DNA from: Antedon mediterranea
Taxonomy: Eukaryota > Animalia > Echinodermata
Direction of reading: 5' to 3'
DNA: 64,000 bases
NCBI RefSeq assembly: GCF_964355755.1
Contig: NC_092675.1
Span: 19,874,912-19,938,911, forward strand
This document shows, one piece after another, positions 54,331 through 64,000 of this stretch. How positions within the stretch are numbered: the first letter of the stretch is position 1; every line of letters begins with the position of its first letter. Under the pieces are notes generated by a model. The model saw nothing but the letters and a program-made list of their open reading frames with translations. It was not told the DNA's origin and ran no database searches. Both the position numbers and the translations under genes were made by a program.

Positions 54331-54483
54331 CTGAAGAATTAGCCTTTTTGGAGCTGCTTTGCTGGGATTACTCGAGAAAGGAAAGCCAAATGGAGTGAAA
54401 GTGGCTGCTAAAGAGGCTAAGATCAATAGTAAAATTGCATACTTGGTTACAGTACAACTTCTTGCTGTATAAATAAGTCCAGT
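54331..54483 (-). CDS. ERMP1: ERMP1 coding exon 9
   Basis: tttcag|ACT...CAG|gtaata; TPFGFPFS...PKRLILQ motif. Confidence 0.9.
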
Positions 54484-54726
54484 CTGAAATGTCAGAAAAA
54501 ATTGTTTACAAGAGTAATTCATTGAAAAAGTGTTTTTCACTAGACAAATTTATTCATACGTTTCACACATGCAAATCGAACAGAGCAGGAGACACGCAAT
54601 CAGAAAAAAATTGCAGCTGGTTATAGTGGAAAATAATAAAAGGTATCACAATTTTTGTCTCAATGTGAGTTACGTTAAATTTGAGCAAAGAGTGGAAAAC
54701 AGCCTTAAGTAATAAATACAACATAC

Positions 54727-54899
54727 CAGATAACTTGTGCACACCAGTATACTTATCAACACTATAGTGCCAACAAAATATTCAGGGTTAACCTCTGATC
54801 CAGATCGACCCATAATGGGTATAAAGGTTTCAAGTGTAACCAAGAATATATATATAGACAGCGTGAGTGGGATGAAAACAGCCACTAGCAATGGAGTTA
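54727..54899 (-). CDS. ERMP1: ERMP1 coding exon 8
   Basis: ttgcag|TA...CTG|gtatgt; FIPIMGRSGSEVNPE motif. Confidence 0.9.
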
Positions 54900-54999
54900 C
54901 TGCAAGACAGGAAAGACAAACAAAAAACAACTTTACAATATCCAACCTCATCATTTGTTTATCATTATTATATATAAAATATATATTATATACAAAATT

Positions 55000-55158
55000 C
55001 ACTTGCAGTGATGAAGGGCTAGTGTTGCTCGAAAGCTCAGCTTACGTTTCTGGTTGTTTTACTTTATTTTGATTTAGCTTGTCGCTTTTTTTTTTATCTC
55101 CATTGAGATCCAGCCATACCCACAGAATTGTCATTTTTTCAGTAATTTGCCTTTGGAT
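55000..55158 (+). mobile_element. Short Penelope-like/retrozyme-type insertion with a degenerate type I hammerhead motif
   Basis: 14-bp TSD TTATATACAAAATT (54986-54999, 55159-55172); GTGATGA-A-GGGC-tagtgtt-GCTC-GAAA-GC-TC at 55008-55038. Confidence 0.65.
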
Positions 55159-55547
55159 TTATATACAAAATTAATTTTCAGGCTCCATACGCTGAGTTTG
55201 GTCCAGCAGGGAACTTTTGTAGATGGACCCACTAGGTATTTATATAGCATTCATGAATGTAATTTGAGATTCAAACTCTTCTACTTGGTAACTTTACAAT
55301 AAAAACTCTGGAAATTCACACTGGATAGCAATTTGTTTTGCATTTAACAGAATAATACTAAATATCATAAATATATAAATTTATATAAACGGAAAGAAAC
55401 TTGCAATGTGTGTTTTGTACTTAAATAATTTCTATTTAGAGATAAAAATAATGAGCTTATATAGAATAATAGAGATAAAATACTAAAGTGTATAGTATAT
55501 TTAGACTATAACAAAATCTTAAAATGTATTAAATAGCAAACACTCAC

Positions 55548-55722
55548 CAAAACTGTTTGTAAATTTAGAAACTATATTTCTAAATAACAATGGTAAAGCA
55601 ATCCACAGCATGGCATAAAAGGCTGATTCTGACTTCATGATTGTCAGCACTAGAAGCAACACTAACCATAGTAACATAGTGACATCAAAAAATAAGGCAT
55701 CAAGACAGGATTTGGAAAGATT
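55548..55722 (-). CDS. ERMP1: ERMP1 coding exon 7
   Basis: ttgtag|AAT...TTT G|gtgagt; NLSKSCLDALFFDVTMLLW...SESAFYAMLWIALPLL; not in the ORF track. Confidence 0.85.
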
Positions 55723-55964
55723 CTACAAAACAAATTTAAAAACTGAAAATATTATTGGAGGCTGTATGATTTAAATTAGGTGGGTTTTAATTTGGTATCA
55801 ATGGTAACATCAATTTCTGTACACATGGTACATCCTCACCATTCATAAGTAGGCCTATATGTTTGGTACCACAACCTTTGGCAGATTTATTTTCTTAGTT
55901 CAAAGTATTAAGAACATTTAAAATGAAAGCAAACCTCTATTAGGCTGAGTATTTATTTAGTGTG

Positions 55965-56070
55965 TCTCTGTCTACACTATCAAACTAGTTTGACAAGACA
56001 AGTGTGATGCGTCCATATATGGGCGCATCTAATTTTTTTGTCACACGTTTGATAGTGTAAACAGAGCTTT
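55965..56070. mobile_element. MITE family AGCTCTGTCTACACTATCAAACT (short copy)
   Basis: CTCTGTCTACACTATCAAAC ... GTTTGATAGTGTAAACAGAG. Confidence 0.75.
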
Positions 56071-56259
56071 ATACCATGTTAAGATTTGCTTGTTTATGTT
56101 TATTTTAACCATAAAAGAAAACAACTCCAAATTGTACATATGATGTTTTGTTAATTTGTGCCATAAAAAAACATGGTAATACTGTAATAGTGATAACTAT
56201 GTTAAAGAAAGACTAACATTTGTTTACGTTTATTATTAATTATGCAAAATAATTAATAC

Positions 56260-56489
56260 CTGGAATGTAGTTGACTTGAGATAATCATGAAAACATATGA
56301 CAGAGAAGACTGCAGGTAACCAGTACAAACCAAACAAGAGCAATGGGTTTGAAAACCAAGCCATCTGTCTGTCAATGGCCGTCAGAATTGTTGCCATCAT
56401 CACTACACTCAAACCTGCTAACACCACTGCCACTAGGGTGCAAGCTAGCCCCTTCAATAGTAAGCCTACAGTTAATTGCTGGCTACTAC
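56260..56489 (-). CDS. ERMP1: ERMP1 coding exon 6
   Basis: ttatag|GT...CAG|gtatta; MAWFSNPLLLFGLYWLP motif. Confidence 0.9.
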
Positions 56490-56992
56490 CTATAAGACAA
56501 TATAAATGAATAAGTATATTATGCAGGTATGTTATACAGTACTTGTATGTTTCATTTTCAACTTCTTAGCTTCATGTTCTCCTTTATGTTTCCACCTCTT
56601 AAGTTACCTCTAGCATGTCTTAATAAAAACACATGGTTTATGGAATGTACCATTGTCTAATAAATAAATGTATTTGATTTGTAGCACTCTTCTTTAAAAG
56701 AAATAGGCCAATTTTGGTTTATTACTCACAGACTAAAAACACCATTTCCGGTTTGTGTAATATCAAATTCAATATTAGAACATTTAAAAATAATGAATTT
56801 GATAAACGTATACTTTAAATCTATTACTCATACATACTAATTCATTGTTTCAATTCATCTAAAACTGCAAGAAGACTATAAACCAGTGAGCCATGTCCAC
56901 AAAACATTACTAAATATTGTAACTTTAATTTTAAAATTGTCTTCCGTGGTTTGTGGAAAGCAGATAAGTGACAAGAATTTAATTTTAAATAC

Positions 56993-57196
56993 CTTTGCTG
57001 AATTTCTTTATAATACTTAAAACACCAAGTGTTGCCACCAAAGCATTTAATATCTTGCCGATTTGAGAGGTGTATGTGATCATGAAGAAACCCAACACGT
57101 CAAAAAATATCATTGATCCAAACTTCTCTTCCTCTGTATGGTCTATCATGATTGACGAATTGGCAAGAGCATGTACAAGAGATAACACGTTATCAC
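56993..57196 (-). CDS. ERMP1: ERMP1 coding exon 5
   Basis: tttag|GT...AAAG|gtattt; GDNVLSLV...IFFDVLGFF. Confidence 0.9.
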
Positions 57197-57339
57197 CTAA
57201 AAAACAATACAAATTTATTTACAATTTAAAGAAAAAAGTATTAGAAGATATTTTTATGTTATGTATTTATTGGTCAAAGATTACCATTACCAAGTAAATT
57301 AATCACTGTCCTATCAGATAGATGGTAATGATGCAGGGG

Positions 57340-57560
57340 CTATTTTGTGAACCAGTTCATCGGGGTAACCCCCTACTCGTCTCGAATAATGAATTGTACA
57401 CACAAACAAACTGGGTACACTGGACCTATGGTTTATAGTCTTTATCCAAGAAGACTTGTTCCACCACTGGAACTAAAAGCGAGTCGGCCTTGAACCCATG
57501 CCGATATTGTTGGCTTTTTAAATATGGTAAAAGGTGCCCCTGGCCTAACTGCTCAGCCAT
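57340..57560 (-). mobile_element. tRNA-headed Deu/Nin-domain SINE (decayed)
   Basis: Minus strand ATGGCTGAGCAGTTAGG (A box) ... GGGTTCAAGGCC (B box), then the same Deu-like core as 34400-34663. Confidence 0.7.
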
Positions 57561-57829
57561 TTGAATCATCTGATGAGGGAAAAAACTATACTTTTATTTT
57601 ATTATTATTATTTTTTTTTCATTTCCCACATAAAGTTATCAAATTCCATTCAGACATTGGAAATAACATAAGTAAATGAAATGGGCAAAACTACACATAA
57701 TAATACCACATATTGACAAGGTTTATTGTTACAAACCATGATGATGACATCATAATCAATATGATCATTCATCACTAACATGCTTGTCTATCATCTTTGC
57801 TCATCTTATTTTAGCGTCAAATCATTTAC

Positions 57830-57922
57830 CTGCTCTTTGAATACATCCTACAGGTATGTGCTCTAAATCATCATATTTTGTGTGGTAGACATAACCGTTG
57901 CTAATGTATGCAATATCAATAC
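57830..57922 (-). CDS. ERMP1: ERMP1 coding exon 4
   Basis: gctag|GT...GCA G|gtaaat; [19 protein letters not shown] (M28 zinc-ligand His); not in the ORF track. Confidence 0.92.
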
Positions 57923-58210
57923 CTAGCAACGAAATAATCATTCAAGTAAAATCATTGTAATAATAAACAAATAAAATTAGAAAACATATTTTCGAATTAT
58001 CAACAATATCCAACATGGTTTACAGAATTATTTTAAGCCCTAATATTACATCAGAAACCTGTATTAAAGCCAAAAGATAATATACCAATTAAAAAACAGA
58101 CAGTGTAATTAGACCAAATACTAAGCACAGACCTGGTCCTAACAGTGGTATATAATTGGAAATTATCAATTTATAAAACAATATGTAAACTAAAAAATGA
58201 CAAATTATAC

Positions 58211-58357
58211 CTGGAATTTTCCCAAAGTCTCGAAAGATGCGAAAATCTGTATCAGACGGAATAAGTTCAGACTGGAACACCTCTTGCGCCAGAACAGAAG
58301 CAAATGGATAAGGAGCATGTTTGGCGTATGTACGAATTAACCATGGATTCTGTGGAC
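58211..58357 (-). CDS. ERMP1: ERMP1 coding exon 3
   Basis: ctcaag|GT...CCAG|gtataa; GPQNPWL...[14 protein letters not shown]. Confidence 0.92.
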
Positions 58358-58493
58358 CTTGAGAGGAAAAAAGGTTATCGAAAAAAAAAAGGTTTGGTAG
58401 GTTGATCTTATAAATGGTCACTCTTCTGATGGATGACCATCTTAGCTGGAAAATGCGTCCCATCCAACACAAATTACTTGAAGAAGTACAGTA

Positions 58494-58636
58494 CAGTCAA
58501 CTCTCATAAAATATTTTTTTTATTCTTTGAAAATCGGAAACTCTCCTAGATCCAAAAGGTCCCAAATTCTTAAATACCATTAACATACAGACATATTAAG
58601 CTCAATATATATAACACAAAACAAATAAAAGTGTCT
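58494..58636. mobile_element. Tc1/mariner-type MITE (decayed)
   Basis: TA|CAGTCAACTCTC ... GAGAGTTCACTG|TA. Confidence 0.65.
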
Positions 58637-58967
58637 GGTATTGAGAGAGTTCACTGTAATGGTATACAGTATATATATATTTCAATGTAGAAAAACAAAA
58701 TTATCATATGCATGTATGTTACAGTAGGTATTTTATTTTATTTAATTTATTTCAATACCATACCATACATGAACAAAAACAGCTAAAAACAAAACAAAAA
58801 ATGCAATCATTTTGTATTGTACTGGGATAGCCCTCTAACAAAAGGGAGTTACATCCTGAAGGGTCCCATCAACATAAAAACAATCAACGCTTTCAGATAG
58901 AGATACACATTTTTTTTTAAATTAGATAAAAGCACTATTGCACAAAACTAAAAACATCTTGACTCAC

Positions 58968-59201
58968 CAGTTTGGAAAACAAGCTCTCTTCCCCCAGCAC
59001 CTGCTGCCTCAAGATTTACAAAGGATTTAATGCTGCTTGCCCACTTATGCTGAGTGATAAACCCATGACTAGCAGGCAACAGGTTCTCCTCAGCACCGTT
59101 TAGAAGGAAAATGACATCATGTTGCAGAAGGGATGGAGAAATGGATAAGACACGGATAAGTTCAAGCATTACGCCACAGCTGACTGCATCATCAGTTGCT
59201 C
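58968..59201 (-). CDS. ERMP1: ERMP1 coding exon 2
   Basis: tttag|GA...CTG|gtgagt; GATDD, NGAEE and [10 protein letters not shown]28 peptidase motifs. Confidence 0.93.
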
Positions 59202-59525
59202 CTAAAAAAGAAGATAAAAAAGTAACATTCAATAGTCTAGTGGAGATGTAGCTTGGTGGTTAACATGCTTGCCTTCCAAGAGTCATGAGGTTGTAACTCA
59301 TGACTCTTTCAATTCCACTTCCTAAGCCTCAAATGAGACTTAGTTATAAGCAAGCATGATAAAGTTTATCCATAGTTTATGAAATTAAAAGAAAAATAAT
59401 AATTAAATAATTTTAAGCAGAGTTCAATGCTGGTCCCATTATAATAAGGTATAATATAATATTATGGTACCCAAGTAAAACATTGGTTGGTTGGTGTTTT
59501 TTCCACAATACATTTAGCTACTTAC

Positions 59526-60060
59526 CTGGGCTACTAAGTGCTGAATCAAAATGACCATTGACCAGCAAGCTGGTCCTCTCTTGACCCTCCTTTGCAACCC
59601 CACGTACACGCACAACAATGTTAACAATTCCTTTGTAATGTGAAGTGAAACCATCAAAGCGCTCGAAAAGGAATGACCCTTGGGGGCGCTGTATATCAAC
59701 ATCTATCTTCTGGATTGAGTTTGCTTGTTGTTGAATGTTACTAACTTCTTTGAGAATGTATTCAACTGCTAGGACATCATTTTCATGCGACCCTGCATGA
59801 TGTGGACCAAGGTTTGCTAGAAACGCTACGTGTTGACGCGCACCCTCTTCAATAAATACATTCTTATCATCTGTACTTAACTTGCGAGCTGCTGGAAATT
59901 GGTAGTGTAAACTATATACTGAAGAAAAGAGGGCGATATACATTATAGTGACGGCTATAAAACCCCATTCACCATGTCCATGTCGGTAAAATTTGTCATC
60001 ATCAAAATGTATGTCATTTGTTCTACCCTGCTTTGAAGAATGTTGTCCTCTTCGTCGCAT
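59526..60060 (-). CDS. ERMP1: ERMP1 (endoplasmic reticulum metallopeptidase 1) coding exon 1
   Basis: ATG directly after the acceptor ttttacag; N-terminal TM segment, FIEEGAR...LGPHHAGSHEN...LLVNGHFDS; donor CCA G|gtaagt. Upstream non-coding exon donor at 60376. Confidence 0.92.
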
Positions 60061-60375
60061 CTGTAAAATAAAAAGTTTTAAATTTTACAAATTTCAAATT
60101 ATGTAAATTATGCACAGCATTTTCTACACATTTGTAACCAAAATTATTGAGCTAATCTATGGCCTACTCTACATGTACTAGCTAACCTACCTAGGGTCTT
60201 ACTAGGCTAGTATGGTCCGAGCGGGATAACTTATCATGCATACACACAGTACTTATAGACTAGGCTAGTATACTGTAGGCCTAGCCTAGCTAACTAACTA
60301 GGTTTTCTCTATGTCATTAGTTTCCTACTCATCATTTATTGGCTTAAAACACAAATTAAAAAAAATAAACTTTAC

Positions 60376-60660
60376 CTTTCTGTCGTTTGTGTTTTGTAAA
60401 TCAACTTCTTAATCTTAGGTTAGTTTTCAACTACCGGCTTCTTCCGCATTTGGATAGAATGCCGACGATGCTGCAATATTCGGTGTTGCGTGTCCCCAGG
60501 CACGTCGCTATATATTTCATGAATGTGATTGGCTAGAAAGTCTTGCGCTAGACGTTCATATCCAGAAGGTAAACAAATAATTTATCACATGATTAATCTC
60601 ATGTGAAAACAGGAAATTGTTTTCTTCAAAACAATCTGAAGTTAATCTTCAAATTAGTAA
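60376..60660. promoter_or_regulatory. Putative bidirectional promoter with divergent 5'UTR exons (ERMP1 / TMEM243-like)
   Basis: Minus-strand donor AAG|GTAAAG at 60376; plus-strand donors at ~60569 and 60657 (GTAAGT); CpG cluster and ATTGG (CCAAT) box at ~60528 between them. Confidence 0.5.
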
Positions 60661-60853
60661 GTTAAAAATAAAAATCAGAATAAAATGTTTATAGATTATA
60701 TATGACTTTAGACCAAGCAAAACTAGCCAATTGTAAAAAATACAACCAAGCATATTGAGTTGAGAAATTCAATTAGCTAGGCCTAATAAGTAATAACTAG
60801 CTAGTAGAGTCTAGTAGGCTAGTGTAGGCGGGGAACAGACGATGGTCCTTGGG

Positions 60854-61498
60854 CGGTTATCCGACGATCGGGACCACAGACGATCGGGCCCACTTCAAGA
60901 CGATCGGGCCCAAATCGTGAGACGATCGGGCCCATCAAGGGTGAAAGACGATCGGGCCCATCAAGGGTGAAAGACGATCGGGCCCAGAGAAGATCGGGCC
61001 CAACAAACAAGACGATCGGGTCCAAAACATTCTCGGAAAATTTTAAAAAATAAATACGCGAATACAAACAACACAATAATAACAAAATCAATCACATTTA
61101 TTCATAAATCGAGAGTATTGGTAAGAAATTCTTAAAACCAGTAGGCCTAGTGTTAATTAGTGGAAAATTATGATAAAATCAGAAAAAAATCTAATTGTAA
61201 TTAACGTTTTTAATTAAAATCTTAATTTACGCAAGAAAAGCATGTTGAGACTAGCACTAGGAATGAAAAATAATGAAATGTGGCACATTATTTTATATAA
61301 CACAAAAGACTATCGGGCCCAACGCTAAGACGATCGGGACCAACTGGTAAGACGATCGGGACCAACTGGTAAGACGATCGGGCCCAACGCTGAAGACGAT
61401 CGGGCCCAACGCTGAAGACGATCGGGCCCAACGCTGAAGACGATCAGGACCACGTTTTCTGGGCCCGATCGTCCGTGGTCCCGATCGTTCGATAATCG
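60854..61498. mobile_element. TIR element with arrays of GACGATCGGGCCCA subterminal repeats (foldback/MULE-like)
   Basis: ~39-bp TIR CGGTTATCCGACGATCGGGACCACAGACGATCGGGCCCA; ~15 direct motif copies in two blocks (60863-61025, 61308-61452) around an AT-rich core. Confidence 0.8.
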
Positions 61499-61677
61499 TA
61501 GTAGAGTAGGCTATTCTATAAGCGGTGGTACATGTGAGTGTCTACCATGAGAGTAACTAGGCTACAGGCTACTATATACTCTAGGGATGTATGCTAAAGT
61601 TACCTAACTATGATACATCAATCTGCATTTCTGCAAAAACAAATAAAAATTCTGCCTTTTTTTATTTCAGATAAGAT

Positions 61678-61785
61678 ATGGCTACTGAACAAACATCTTT
61701 ATTTACCGAATCACAATTTTCCAGTTCAAAATCTGAAGATAAAAATACAACATTTTATGATTCTAAACAAGATGTAACAAAAGAT
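61678..61785 (+). CDS. TMEM243: TMEM243-like protein, first coding exon (3' end uncertain: 61773 or 61785)
   Basis: Acceptor tttcag at 61670, ATG at 61678, MATEQTSLFTESQF...KQD(VTKD); two weak phase-0 GT donors. Confidence 0.55.
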
Positions 61786-62189
61786 GTAATGATTGTTTTT
61801 TGTTTTGGGTTTTTTTTTGTAATTGGTGTGATATAATAGTAATAACGCCAATGGGGGCATATCCAGAACATAAGGGTACAGTATGAGAATTCTGTTGGAA
61901 GACCCAATTATATGTGATCAATATGACTGCCAGGTTATAATATAAGTCCATTTTAAATGCCTAAATGAATGAAAGTCTAAATGTGATAAAAAAAAAAACG
62001 TGAATATACTCATTATTAATTTCACAAGTTTGCCATCCAGGTAAGCATTATTAAATGAAGTGCACCACCCTCTACCTTATTTTCAGTTCTGTGTGTTTTC
62101 AGAGTGGTTAACAGGCGAAAATGACTTCAACCAAAAATTCCTGTAAACCTGTTTAATTACCTATTGTTCTTATTTCATTTATATTGCAG

Positions 62190-62237
62190 AAACGGGTGAT
62201 GTTCCTTTTTGTTGGAATTGTAGCAGTTTCAGTACTA
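62190..62237 (+). CDS. TMEM243: TMEM243-like exon (TM1)
   Basis: ttgcag|AAA...CTA|gtaagt; KRVMFLFVGIVAVSVL resembles human DRIINLVVGSLTSLLIL. Confidence 0.7.
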
Positions 62238-62320
62238 GTAAGTTGACGAGATCTAAAAGGCACCTAATTTATCCATATAATCCAATCTAGAACAAATGAC
62301 ACCTTTGAACAGGGGGCGGG

Positions 62321-62465
62321 GGGAATGAGTACTTGATAGAGGTGTGCTACTGTATAACATGCTTAGTGTGACAGGGGAATGAGTACTTGATAGAGGTGTG
62401 CTACTGTATAACATGCTTAGTGTGACAGGGGAATGAGTACTTGATAGAGGTGTGCTATAACATGC
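62321..62465. repeat. 54-bp tandem repeat, ~2.6 copies
   Basis: GGGAATGAGTACTTGATAGAGGTGTGCTACTGTATAACATGCTTAGTGTGACAG at 62321 and 62375; partial copy at 62429. Confidence 0.9.
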
Positions 62466-62677
62466 TGATAATTGTGATGGTTTTATAGATCCAACTCATT
62501 TTAAGTATGCTTTGATTCTGAAAAATTTTCCCAGCAAAGTTTGATGAAAGCAGAAGAATGTATACTGTAAACTATTCTTGTTTGTTCTTATCCTACATTG
62601 TTTTTTAATGTAATATTTTATAGTGAATCCACTAATATGGCACTTATACCAAGAAATGATTATTATTTAAATGTTAA

Positions 62678-62826
62678 GTTCTGTCTACACTATCAAATTT
62701 TATGTGACAAAAAATGTGATATGCACATGCATACAATGATATCACATCACTACCATATTTGGACATATCACTACTATATTTGGGCACGTCATACTTTTTT
62801 TGTTGTCAAATCTGATTATCAGTAGT
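62678..62826. mobile_element. MITE family AGCTCTGTCTACACTATCAAACT (decayed)
   Basis: Left TIR and family internal motifs present. Confidence 0.65.
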
Positions 62827-62964
62827 GTTTTTTCCTTATACATCCTTGTTCATTCAGATTTTTATTCTATAAAATTGGTGAGAGGTGATAGGAAGAGCAT
62901 CTTCAGATGTGCCATTGTCTAAGACCTATATTATTATTTTCATATTTTTTTTTAACCTTTTTAG

Positions 62965-63075
62965 ATCTCTATAATTCTAAGTATTGTTCAAGGTGCAAAG
63001 ACTAAAAGTCATGGATTTATCTATTTCCTGCTTGGTTTCAGCTTGGTGGGATTCGTTGCTATAGAACTTTTTATG
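62965..63075 (+). CDS. TMEM243: TMEM243-like exon (TM2)
   Basis: ttttag|ATC...ATG|gtatgt; ISIILSIVQGAKTKSHGFIYFLLGFSLVGFVAIELFM; phase 0/0. Confidence 0.72.
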
Positions 63076-63091
63076 GTATGTAGATATCTAA

Positions 63092-63230
63092 AGCTCTGTC
63101 TACAATATTGAACTTTATGTGACCAAAAAATGTGATGTGCCCATATATGGACATGATGATGTGATATCACTACCATATTTGAGCACATCACATTTTTTTG
63201 TCAAACTAGTTTGATAGTGTAGAACGAGCT
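63092..63230. mobile_element. MITE family AGCTCTGTCTACACTATCAAACT
   Basis: Both TIRs present; TAA/TTA flanks; begins 17 nt from the exon boundary at 63075. Confidence 0.8.
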
Positions 63231-63527
63231 TTAACAAAAACATTACGATAAATAGATAAACATACATTTTTCTTACATAAAACAAAATAAATTTTTCGTT
63301 TTACAACTATAGGAAAATCATTTATGCTGTCATTTTAATATTTTTTAAAATCCGATCAAATGATGTCATGATCAATAAAAACAATAACATCATTGTATTG
63401 TAACAATATAATTGCTCTTACTGATCATGATGTTTTAACAACTCCTTTTTTCATGACCACAGTGCTGATTTTGCCATTTTTTAAAACTGATATGTGATTT
63501 ATCATTATATATATAACTTAATTTCAG

Positions 63528-63641
63528 ATTCGATTTATAAAAACAGGGGATTTACATGAAAGCAAGACGTGGTTCCTGTATGTCGTTGGTGCTTGTATTA
63601 TGTTGGAGACAGTTTTCACAGATGTTTTGCTATATCAATGA
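63528..63641 (+). CDS. TMEM243: TMEM243-like last exon (GDL motif, TM3, stop)
   Basis: tttcag|ATT; IRFIKTGDLHESKTWFLYVVGACIMLETVFTDVLLYQ* resembles human IYWYRQGDLEPKFRKLIYY...; family assigned from recalled similarity, not from a search. Confidence 0.72.
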   Translation: MRFIKTGDLHESKTWFLYVVGACIMLETVFTDVLLYQ

Positions 63642-64000
63642 TAAATTTCCAATCAAGTTATATTGAAGTGTACTATACTAGTTTATAATCTTTTATAAAA
63701 TGAATAGATGATGCCAAATACGTAACTACTTATTTACCTTGGACTGAAATGTCAGCCATGTTTTGTACTCCTTGGTTGCAAACTTAACCCACCTAATAAT
63801 AATATTATATATACTGTACTTATATATGTATTGTTCAATTTAGATTCCAAACAACTGAAAAACATTTTAGTCAATGTGTCTATTTGCTTAGAAAAGATCA
63901 TGATATTCAATTGTTTTGATTGTATTGACATTTGTAACTCCATTTGCTTATTATTAAAATACACAAATGAATAATAACTATACTAATACATATATAACAC

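Noticed and set aside
59240-59305. tRNA gene (also tRNA-like stretches at ~23520, 25895, 37850 and 53570)
   Set aside because: No complete cloverleaf; most likely decayed SINE heads, too degenerate to delimit.
60420-60449. uORF MRKKPVVEN* in the ERMP1 5' exon
   Set aside because: TSS unknown, so it may not be transcribed; out of frame with the CDS and unremarkable.
60854-61498. CRISPR-like array (GACGATCGGGCCCA with variable spacers)
   Set aside because: Repeats are 14 bp, spacers only ~6-14 bp and often duplicated, the array is enclosed by TIRs, there are no cas genes and the context is eukaryotic: transposon subterminal repeats.

Overview
AT-rich animal genomic DNA with GT-AG spliceosomal introns; not prokaryotic. 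Probably an invertebrate deuterostome such as an echinoderm (inference from a Dmrt93B gene, Deu-domain SINEs and vertebrate-like intron positions). Four protein-coding genes can be assembled by hand: the 5' part of a Slo1/BK (KCNMA1-family) K+ channel (minus; exons 26310-26633 and 4412-4473, continuing off the left edge), a two-exon Dmrt93B-type DM+DMA transcription factor (minus, ~409 aa), a 13-coding-exon ERMP1 M28 metallopeptidase (minus, ~865 aa) and, head-to-head with it, a TMEM243-like small membrane protein (plus). Introns and spacers hold many non-autonomous elements (Harbinger-, Kolobok- and Tc1/mariner-type MITEs, a Helitron, a Helentron/HINE-like element, 5S- and tRNA/Deu SINEs, LINE tails). 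Most unusual: (1) a 454-bp fold-back insertion with a 14-bp TSD carrying two identical, divergent, perfectly folding tRNA-like units with the normally disallowed Asp anticodon ATC; (2) a 159-bp hammerhead-bearing insertion, also with a 14-bp TSD; (3) strong, regionally biased enrichment of TA-(N3-4)-TA motifs (TAGGCCTA, TACWGTA, TACSGTA) resembling chained transposon excision footprints. All coordinates and counts were read by eye.
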